NCBI GenBank assembly: GCA_964016885.1
Contig: OZ024741.1
Coordinates: 317,564,001-317,628,000, forward strand
Reading direction: 5' to 3'
Source of the DNA: Eledone cirrhosa
Lineage: Eukaryota
DNA: 64,000 nucleotides
The position numbers and the translations under genes were made by a program. Of the stretch, positions 40,497 to 52,076 are shown piece after piece. A model generated the notes under the pieces. The model did no database searches and had not been told where the DNA came from. It was given only the letters and a program-made list of their open reading frames with translations. Position 1 is the stretch's first letter. Each line of letters begins with the position of its first letter.

Positions 40497-40628
40497 TTCC
40501 AGTTTGTCCCCATCCAGCAGCTATGCATGTAGGGTAGTATTTATCACCTTTGCGAGGTAGAGCAAGGGGAGCGACGCACTTACTGAGAGTTACTTCCTGA
40601 GATAGTTCCAAAATTGCAACATCATTGA
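40497..40628 (-). CDS. S1 serine protease exon 4 (INDVAILELSQEVTLSKCVAPLALP...CIAAGWGQTG)
   Basis: Catalytic Asp in NDVAIL; C..AGWG; phases 1/1. Confidence 0.94.
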
Positions 40629-40849
40629 CTGAAAGAAGAAAAGAAAGAGATAGGTTATGAAATAAACAGTTAGAAGCAGACTGGGTATTAAACCAACCTG
40701 GACAGCCAGATGACAAATTAGTGTCTAACTCTGTCACTAGGAAGTGAGAGTGTGGACTATAATTGTGATGATCAATGTAGCTTAAGTCTCCATAGATCTG
40801 CTTGGATTCTTTAAGAGAAGTTCTAGTTAATATCTGACTGAGTCTGTCT

Positions 40850-41345
40850 TCTAGACTGGACACCAGTCTCTACTTCTCTATCCATCATCCCAGCCTCACC
40901 AAAGATCTGATAACTGACTATATTCTAGATTGGACACCAGTCTCTACTTTTCTATCCATCATCCCATCCTCACCAAAGATCTGATAACTGACTATATTCT
41001 AGATTGGACACCAGTCTCTACTTCTGTATCCATCATCCCATCCTCACCAAAGACGTAATAACTGACTATATTCTAGACTGGACACCAGTCTCTACTTCTG
41101 TATCCATCATTCCATCCTCACCAAAGACCTAATAACTGACTATATTCTAGATTGGACACCAGTCTCTACTTCTCTATCCATCATCCCATCCTCACCAAAG
41201 ACCTAATAACTGACTATATTCTAGACTGGACACCAACCTAGTTCTCTGACCATCATTCCATCCTCACCAAATATCTGATAACTCACTATATTCTAGACTG
41301 GACACTAGTATCTATTTCTCTGTCCATTTTCCCATCCTCACCAAA
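40850..41345. repeat. ~73-bp intronic minisatellite, ~7 copies
   Basis: TTCTAGACTGGACACCAGTCTCTACTTC...CATCCTCACCAAAGA...TAACTGACTATA units. Confidence 0.92.
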
Positions 41346-41561
41346 GAAGCCCCTCACTGAGTCTAGTGGCCCATCTTCTGTAATCTAAGATGTGTACATC
41401 TATATGTGTATGTGTGTGTGTGTGTGTGTTTGCATGTGTGTGTGGTAGTATATGTGTGTGAGTATATGCAGGTGCATGTGTGTGTGTATGTGGATGCCTG
41501 TGTATGTGTGTGTGCATGTGTGTGTGTTCATACATAAGACCATAAGGTGTGGAGTACTTAC

Positions 41562-41683
41562 TGACAGTGTGTGTTAATGAGTATTTAGGATGTGGTACCC
41601 ATTGTCTCACTTTTATGACTTGGGTTGCATTTAGTTTGTTTGTTGTTCCAAAGTGAGCATCAATGCCAATAACATCTTCATTA
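41562..41683 (-). CDS. S1 serine protease exon 3 (NEDVIGIDAHFGTTNKLNATQVIKVRQWVPHPKYSLTHTV)
   Basis: HP.Y motif; phases 2/1; canonical splice sites. Confidence 0.9.
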
Positions 41684-42406
41684 CTGCAATGAAAAAGTCA
41701 AATTAGAAAACTAATAACAATGTTAATTACTCAAGTAATTTCTTTGTCACTTAATATCCTGTACCACATGAAACCACATTAGTAAGACATTCTTCAAAAT
41801 ACAAAACAGTACTATGATTGCATCACATGAACGATTAGTCTTTACACTAATACTGCAAATTTTCCTCACAATTTGTCCACTAGTAAAGGTTATATAAACA
41901 TTTAAATTAACAAACTGTATGAAACCACATTCTTGGAAATTATAAAACAGCAACACATTAAACATATATAGTCTTTACTCTAATAGTGCACATTTTCACA
42001 ACAATCTTTTCTCTAGTAAAGATACATTAAACATTTGAATTAACAAACCCCATGAAACCCCATTAGCAGGACCTTTTTAGAATGTAGAAAATAGCAGAAA
42101 ATGTGGAAAAATTTTCAAGAATAGGAACGTAACCTGTGTCTCAGAGAACTTAACTATAAAATTATTGATGTTTAAAAAAACTTGGTATGTTAATATGATA
42201 CTTGAATGAAAAAGCGCTAGATGACAAGTCAAAATAGCAGAAGAATTGATGAAATTTGGTATTGCAAGGAGAGGAATGTGACCTGAGTATCTGAGAACCA
42301 TTGCTTTATAGGAGGGAATGGGAACTGGGTCTCTGAGAACCATTGCTTTATAGGAGGAAATGTGAACTGAGTATCTGAGACCCACAGAGTTATTGGAAAT
42401 ACTTAC

Positions 42407-42551
42407 ACACAATGAGCAGCTGTTAAGACATGTTTCTTTGAGAGCAAAGTGCCACCACAGAATGTGTCACCGTTTCTCAGATGAATATCGATAAAGACCA
42501 TATGTGGGAACTCACAATAGTTGGCATCAGTTCCACTAACAATATGCTCAG
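42407..42551 (-). CDS. S1 serine protease exon 2 (EHIVSGTDANYCEFPHMV...FCGGTLLSKKHVLTAAHC)
   Basis: IVSG mature N-terminus, CGG.L, catalytic His in LTAAHC. Confidence 0.95.
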
Positions 42552-42619
42552 CTAGAATAGGAGAAAGAAAAAAACTGATAAGTAAAATAGCAGAAAAATG
42601 GATATAACAACATTTTAAT

Positions 42620-42770
42620 GTCATTTCCCCTGAGTCTGTATTTTGTGGTACCTTGACCAACCTCACCATTTCCCCTGGGTCTGTATTTTGTGGTACCTTG
42701 ACCAACCTCACCATTTCCTCTGGGTCTGTCTTTTGTGGTACCTTGACCAACCTCACCATTTCCCCTAGAT
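42620..42770. repeat. 48-bp tandem repeat x3
   Basis: CATTTCCCCTGGGTCTGTATTTTGTGGTACCTTGACCAACCTCAC units. Confidence 0.9.
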
Positions 42771-42952
42771 CAGTCTTCTATCATACTTCTAGCCACTGAT
42801 TTCTATCCTTTGGGGTAAATTTTACCTGACGCTACCATTGATGTCATTTTTCTGTTTGAACAGCTTCCTTGAGTTTTTCCATTATCCTACAAACTCTAAT
42901 ACACTCGCATTTCAAAATTAATATTCAAGACAACTTTGTTTATATATATATA

Positions 42953-43073
42953 CTAGACCACCTGTGAACCGTTGGGTCACATTCTCTTAAAAGTATTTTT
43001 TTTAAATCATGTTCACTAAAAAATAATTTTTACAGCTCCCTCTCTCTCTCTCTTCCATTTTCCATTTCTGTCT

Positions 43074-43116
<43 letters not shown>

Positions 43117-43578
43117 TCTCTCTCTCCCTCTCTCTCTCTCTCCCTCTCTCTCTCTCTCTCTATGTCTCTCTTTCAATCTACTCTCTCACAACCACTATCT
43201 CTTTCTCTCTATACCTTCATCGCAATTTTTCGGTCGTACGGTTGATTATAGACTTGTTCTATGTGTGACGGTATTTTAACGATAGTTATAGCTCTGATTT
43301 ATCTGAATTATTGAGCCCTCTGCCGCTCATTTCGAATTTTGTTTATCGTGAACTCGTGCGCCGATTTTTCGATACTTGATTATTCTACTATTTATGAAGG
43401 TACCTGGAAAAGCCCTGTATCTCGGGAACCAATGCTCCGATTTACGCGAAACTTGTTTTATTTCATTTGTATTCCCATTTCAGGGGCAACTTCCTTTCAA
43501 AGTATTTTCCCATTATGTGCTGTTTTGACTATTAAATTATAGACAAGACACAATTACAGAGTTTTAGTAGTATATAGA
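42953..43578 (-). mobile_element. Non-autonomous Helitron
   Basis: On the minus strand: A|TCTATATACTACT start, internal (AG)n, subterminal hairpin GTGACC-CAAC-GGTTCAC, and CTAG|T end. Confidence 0.75.
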
Positions 43579-43818
43579 TGTATTCTACTTTATATATACA
43601 CACATGTATTATGTGTGTGTGTGTGGGGGGGGGGGGTAATCTACAAACATAATTTTGTTACAATTTGGTGAAGAAACCAAATATTAGTTATTCCTCCCAT
43701 AATCAAACAGGTTATATACTAGTATATATATAATTAGGTTTCTCCCATTATCACTCACCACTGGGTGAATGAACCTAACAATTACCTGGGTGATGTGCAT
43801 CGCATACTTTCTCTTTAA

Positions 43819-44039
43819 CCCTTTCGCATTTAAACCGGCCATATCCGACCAGAATTCCCTCACCGCTTTTTGTTCAAACTGGCTGTAACCGGCCACTCAT
43901 ACTGATGTTAATAATATAATATGAAAATAAATAATATCAAAATTTCATAGATTTGATATTATGTGAGCTAATTATGTGAGGTAAAGCTTTTACTATGAAA
44001 AGATAATAGTAAATATAGAGTAATGTAAATGCTAAAGGG
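43819..44039. mobile_element. TTAA MITE copy
   Basis: TTAA flanks; same family. Confidence 0.88.
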
Positions 44040-44683
44040 TTAATCTGAGATTTTTATATTCCTAAAACTCTGCAGTGATATCAAAAATATCAATGGGCTC
44101 AGAACTCCTGATGGAGTCATAGGGGTGCTGTTGTGTCTTGGGGTTTTCTAAACTTGGCAGATCCCGTCCCTCTTCAGGTTTGAATACAGGTCTAAATGTC
44201 CAAGACTTGTTGTATGTCACAACACCCCTACGACTCCCTCAGGAGTTAAAGGTCTATGCGTGAATGAATGGATGGGAAATAAATACATGAAGTTCAGAGG
44301 TAATGTACTGAATACCACAAGCCAAACAAAAATCTTAACTAATTGAAATTTCCTATCGTCATCATCATCAACATAGATCTTTCCATGCTGGCTTGGATTG
44401 GATGTGTTGTCACAGACCACATCAGTACTTAATCAGAGCCACTATCCTCTTAGATGGGCTAGAAGATATGTCTGACTCATACTTTCCAGTTTTGGCATGG
44501 TTTCTACAGCTGGACACCCTTCCTAATACCAACCACTTTACAGAGTGTACGGGGTGTATTTTATCATGACACCATTATAAGGGAGGATGTTGTGTCCTTG
44601 ACACAACTGAAAAATCTACTCAGCCCCTTGTTTGACATGGCTTTTACTGCAGGAAAAATAAAGAAATCATTAAGATGACTCAC

Positions 44684-44744
44684 TTGGTAAAGCTGAGCAG
44701 GTAGCAAAGACAGTCAGAAGAACAGCTATGATTATTCTCTCCAT
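44684..44744 (-). CDS. S1 serine protease exon 1, signal peptide (MERIIIAVLLTVFATCSALP)
   Basis: Hydrophobic signal peptide; phase-1 gtgagt donor joins exon 2 in frame; total CDS 765 nt / 254 aa. Confidence 0.85.
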
Positions 44745-44792
44745 GTTCAGGTCAGGTTCAAGAATGACTTGGTGTAGCATGGTTTGCTGCCA

Positions 44793-44800
44793 TATTTATA
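44793..44800 (-). promoter_or_regulatory. Putative TATA box of the protease gene
   Basis: TATAAATA about 50 nt upstream of the ATG. Confidence 0.55.
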
Positions 44801-45354
44801 GTTCTCTAACAAGAATTACAAAAGAAAGAAAATAGCGATAAATTATTCCTTGGTATTGAGATCAATACTGTATTGTCAACAATAATAGAAAAAACTTTCT
44901 TGTTTTTGTTATTATTTGTCCCTCACTGGCAGGGGAAAAATGATGATAATGATTATGGTGATGATGGTGATGACAAGTACTTTAGACATAGTCTATGTTG
45001 AACTATAATGTTGAACTAACATCAACATCATCCTTCAATATTGGGATCCACAGTTCAATCAGCTTCCTCACGTCTTGATCATTGGGTATCACATTGTGTC
45101 CTTGAGCAAGACACTTTATTTTTACAGCACTTCAATTAATTCAGCTGAAAATTAGTATTATCAGCATTCCATTTTCATTACTATTGTAGCAAAAATATCA
45201 CAGGTAAATCTGTGGATATGAAATGCAGACCACTACAAATAGCTATCATGAAACCTATGGGTATTTAAACCAAATCCAGTCTGTTTTATACTCTTCTTCT
45301 CACTCTGTTGCTCCCTGACACAGTTGCCTAGCTATACAAGTTGTTTGTCGTTAA

Positions 45355-45571
45355 CCCTTTAGCATTTAAACCAGCTGTATCTGACCAGAATACTCTCACC
45401 TCTTTCTGTTCAAACCGGCCGTAACCAGTCACTCATACCAATGTTAAAATATTGTTCTCAAAATGATATCAAATTCTCAGAGATTCAATATAATATGAGA
45501 TAATTATGAGAGATAAAGCCTTTACTGTGAAAATACAATAGTAAATATAGAATAATGTAAATGCTAAAGAG
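45355..45571. mobile_element. TTAA MITE copy
   Basis: TTAA flanks; same family. Confidence 0.85.
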
Positions 45572-45872
45572 TTAAGGGTCTGCTCCAGCCTAGCCAGTAA
45601 ATCTACTGTGCACAAGGTAATATCTTATCTCAACCAACACATTCACTCACAAATTCCAGCATATCACAACAAAATGCTTTTACCTGTAAACACTACATGT
45701 AACAATCGGTTGATGAAACACTCTCTTTTATATCAAGTCTTGTACGTATTCTGGTTGTGTTATATTTTGCACATGGAGTCATCATAATGACCGAAAGAAG
45801 GCGATCGTGAATACAAGCAGCCGAAATAGGATTCCTCTGAAGGGTCTTTGGAATAACATTTCTCTGATAAAG

Positions 45873-47520
<1,648 letters not shown>

Positions 47521-47877
47521 ATACAATATATTTAGAAACACACAGATACATGCGGACACACACATATACATGAATGCATCCACACCCAACCGTGAGTTAA
47601 GGGTGCCAACCTCACCGATGTTGCTCAATGAATGACTGGGACAGACCAATCCGGCTGAACCAGACTGAACCAGTATCAGAGTTAAAAATACATTATGAAG
47701 AGAGAAGGAACATTTAGATATAATTAGTAATAAAATGTATCATACCTAAACTGCTCCTAGATTCCTCGACTACGTAGTTTCGTGGCATAAACAATATATA
47801 TATACATATATATATATACATATATATATGCATATATATATATATATATATATGCATATATATATATATATATATGC

Positions 47878-47914
<37 letters not shown>

Positions 47915-47949
47915 CATATATATAAAATACGTATTTAAGAAAGCCACAA

Positions 47950-49912
47950 CAATGCAGAGGGAAATCTCGAGGTAGGAAGTGAAAGATAGATAGGAAAAAC
48001 AGGTGAAAGTGAAAATTGAGAGAGACAAAGATGAAAACAAAACAAAGGTAGAAGGGTTACCGTAGTAGAGATTTAATCCCAATATTTCGGGCTCACGCCC
48101 ATCAACGGGGGAAAGTTCCAAAAGGGGGGGAACAGGCCAAGCGGAGAAAGTTGTGATGCCGTTATGGGGGAGAAAATTATTTAAAATTTAAACGAGGGAA
48201 AGAATGCGCGTGCGCGTGATAGGCTGTGGCAAAAGCTACTGACCAAATGGGTTAAATCAAGAGGGTGCGCTAGCGTGTGAAAGCCGTAAGATATGTGTGT
48301 GTAAATATATATGTGTGTGTAACTGTGTGTGTATAAGTGTAAGTGTGTATATGTGTGAGTGTGTGTGTGTGTGTGAAAGATAGTGGGCTGTAGAAGTTGG
48401 AAATCAAAGGGTGTGAAAGGTGGTAGGTTGTAAAATATGTGTGCGTGTATAAATATAGATGTGTGTGTGTAAGCGTATGGGTATACATGTGTGTGTATAT
48501 GTGTGAGTGCGTTTGTGTGTGAAAGATAGTGGGCTGTAGAAGCTGGAAATCAAAGGGTGTGAAAGGTGGTAGGTTGTAAAAACATGTGTGCGTGTATAAA
48601 TATAGATGTGTGTGTGTATGCGTATGGGTATGCATGTACGTGCGTGTGTGTGAAGATAGCAGGCCGTAGGCTGTGAATGGTCACTATGGTTAAGTTAGCC
48701 ATGTCAGCTCATTTCTCTCAGCCCGGTTGTTAAGTGGGGGTCTGAGGTTCTTAATAACAAGTGCTTCCTTTATCCTTAAGGATCCGATGCTGCGTTCAGT
48801 CGCTAGGACTGTGACCATGGGTCTACCCTGTGGGTTTCCGCATTTAAGGATGTGTTTACGGAAGGAAGATGCGTTGGTGTTGATATGTTCCTTGATACGA
48901 ACATGTAGGGGTCGGATGGTGCTACCTATGTAAAACTTGTTACATTTATCGCATTGAATCTTATATACGACATAGGTGCGTAGGCAATCTGCCCCCCGTA
49001 TCGGGCAGTTGCTGAGGGAACACGTCCCATCTGACTCGTCGGGTTTGTTGGAGAGGCATCTTCGCAGCGAAGGTCCTGTGTGGGCCAAATGTATGTCAAG
49101 TCCCTCCGTCCGTATGGCCCTGCGGATGGCGTTCGTGGTATATTCACTCAGGGGGGGGATTTTAAAGAAGCACCTGCTATTATTTAGTTTTCTAGTGGGT
49201 GTCTGTCTATTGGGTCTGGGGTCTCTAATTCCGTTAATCAGTCGCTTGGGGTAACCATTAGATCTGAGTAGATTACGGAATTGCGTGGTATGGGTGAGAC
49301 CACCCATCGGGTCGCTGCATCTGTTAGTGATCCGTGTCAGTTCATTTAGGACATAGCCTCTCTTAGCGTTGTTGGGGAGGGCTGAGTTATAATGCACAAA
49401 TAAGTCCTTGCACGCTGCTTTGCGGTAGAAGGTGGTGTTTATGTCTCCTTCTTCCGAGATGTTGATACGGAAGTTGAGGAGGGCGAGTGACCCGTCTTCT
49501 CCTGGGTGTTCGATGGTGAAATCGACGTGATGGTCAGTATCGTTGAAGATTTGGTGAATTTCATTCGCCATCTCCCGGGAAGAAGTAAGTATCAGGATAT
49601 CATCAACGTATCTGGAGTAGAAGGCGACGGCGTTGGGTTGGCAGGTATTGAGTGCCTTGCGTTCCAGGTGGTCCATGTACGAGATCGCAAGTATGCCGGA
49701 CAGACTAGAGCCCATAGGTAGCCCAGAGATTTGTTTGTACGTGTGGCCGAGGAAATTGAAGAGTGCATTATCCACAACGAAGGAGAGGATTTGGTGGATG
49801 TCCATGTGTGTGAGTCCGAAGCAGTGTAAGTTAGATGCTCGGACTTGTTCGGTCAACAGGTCGACAGCTGGGGATGCTGGTATGGAGGTATAAAGGGCGA
49901 CCACATCAAGGC
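47950..49912 (-). mobile_element. 5'-truncated Penelope-like element (Neptune/Poseidon-like) with open RT-GIY-YIG remainder
   Basis: DVVALYTSIP, GLPMGS, YSRYVDD, C...CP....C linker, VVYKIQC..C.KFYIGST..L..R..EH; the 3' UTR contains ~150-bp direct repeats. Confidence 0.93.
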
Positions 49913-50319
49913 CCCTTTAATATCTCCAATAGGAACTTCTTCCGAGAGACCCTTCGAAGAATTAAAATTTTAGAGAGCCTCTAAGGATATATATAAAAAC
50001 GAATTGAGGAAAATTATACATTAAAAGTTAAAAATTAAAAAATTAAAAAATTAAAAATTACGGTATTTGGGATATCCGAGGAATTTTCAAAGGGCTGCTT
50101 CAACAGATACAACTTAGGCATAATAGATACAATAATCTAAGTAATTTAAGTAATTCAATTAGGGAGCAATTCAAGGAGTTTATCAAGTTGGGCAAGATTA
50201 AAGAAAGTGGTAAATAAGAAAATACATAAGCAAAAAGACAATAATTATAAAATGTATTTTTAAGAAGGTATAAGGTAGCTTCAGTGATCTAACAGTGTAT
50301 TATCACAAAAAATTATTCT

Positions 50320-50500
50320 AAAATTATTGATACAGGATTAAAAATTATTACAAAATTATTACAAAATTACCACAAAATTATCAAATCATCATAAAATTAC
50401 CACAAAATTATTACAAAATTATCAAATTATCATAAAATTATCGCAAAATTATTACAAAATTATCACAAAATTATTACAAAATTATCACAAAATTATTGAT
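50320..50500. repeat. CAAAATTAT(T/C)A 11-12-bp degenerate tandem repeat
   Basis: Seen directly in sequence. Confidence 0.85.
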
Positions 50501-52076
50501 ACAGGATCAACAAAGACAACAATATATATTCCTGCCCAATCAACAAGTAATCAGAACACTATTAACGGTCAGGCAAAATTAGCTCAGGGATATCCTGCGC
50601 TCGGATACTTTACACACACACAGCAACACATAGGATTAGCACAGACACAATGGTATATTCCTGCCTAAATAACAAACAATCGATTAACAATTGATGGTCA
50701 AGAAAATGTAATCAGGGATATCCCGCGCACGGATATTTACATACATACAGCAGGATGAACAGTACTGGTGACCGTGGGGGCGCGATATCCATTCTGCTTA
50801 TGCAGTCATCTGCATAGCTCCAGGCACGATATCCATTATGCGTATGTAGTCATCTGCATAGCTCCAGGCGCAGCTGGTCTTGTTTAAAAGTTCATGGATC
50901 ACCTGGGATTCACTATTATCTGCGTGGACTCTCTGGGAGATGTACCTGTGGATCTAATAGCCAGTGGTTGCCGGAAGTGGTCCGTTCGATCTTTTAGTTT
51001 CAGGGGTTGAACGCTTTCGCGATAGACGAATCTGCCGGTTCTAAGTCCAAGGTTTCGCTACGCAGGATGTATTGGTCTACATGCTATGTTGTTAAAAAAC
51101 CAGTGTGGATTTGACTGGGGTGGTATATTACGAACTCCAAGTCCACACGCGACTGGTCAAAAGCGAAGGGCTGTCCCCTCTTTGTTTGCTGTATGGGTCG
51201 GTCCCAGCTTAGATGGTGGTCGTGTTATCCATATTCCGTCAGCCCTGTATATTCAAGACAGATCAGGGTATATATTTGCGGGTATGGTCCTGCGTCTACG
51301 CTATCCAAAGGGTCTCGCTTGTGGTATTTTCAAGTTCGCATGTCATCTCCCGGTTAAGACTGCGCATGCTTCGGTGAATCTCAAGCATGGAATCTTAGGG
51401 TATCGTATTACACGGGGTGACTAGCAGAAAATATACATTCTATGCTATCGCGCACGCACTGGCCTGTGGCTACGACCGTGTCCAGTCTCGGGTAGTAGCA
51501 GACAGCAGGTAGACCAGCTAGACACACCCCTGCTCAAGGGGCACAACCCCTAACTTATCGAGTGGTCAGACTTCAAGGGAGTCAACTCTCCAAGCCCATC
51601 ATGTCGACCGTGGTGAAATACAAAAAAATTCCTATTAGTAAAGAACTAATCACTGATAATAAAGAACCAGCTCAAAAGAATGGGGGGGCATCTATTTGGG
51701 CGGGGGTTTACTAAGGGAGGGGGTGGGGTGAGTGGCTATAGGCAGGGAGCGGCCGCCATATTGGGTGCTTTGTTACTGTTTCCCTAGGCAGTTCTCGAGT
51801 TTGTTGACATACATCTCCGACGGCACCCTCTCAGATTAGTCAACGTGGGTCCAGGCACTCACATTGTCCTGCACCGCAGGCATCAGCTTCCCCCAGGGTG
51901 CCCAGCAACAGTGTTGCCACCAATCCCAGGTTGGCAAGTGGGACACAGGGTCGTCTGTTCCTCACCAGAGTCCCCATCGCCAATCGGGGAGCCGAGGCAT
52001 CCATGCGGCCGGGGTTACCAAAGAGCACCCTGTACGCCAGCGGGGCCGCCACGTGCAGGACTGGGTGGTGTCAGGG

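Noticed and set aside
40850-41345. CRISPR-like appearance of regular repeats (also 24544, 29160, 31285)
   Set aside because: Head-to-tail minisatellites with no unique spacers, no cas genes, and a eukaryotic context.
42826-42886. Possible extra protease exon (AG...GT bounded, 61 nt)
   Set aside because: Phase-incompatible with exon 1 (gives an immediate TAA); exon 1 splices in frame to 42551 without it.
51086-51424. 112-aa ORF downstream of the Naiad
   Set aside because: No motifs or splice support; expected by chance in GC-richer DNA.
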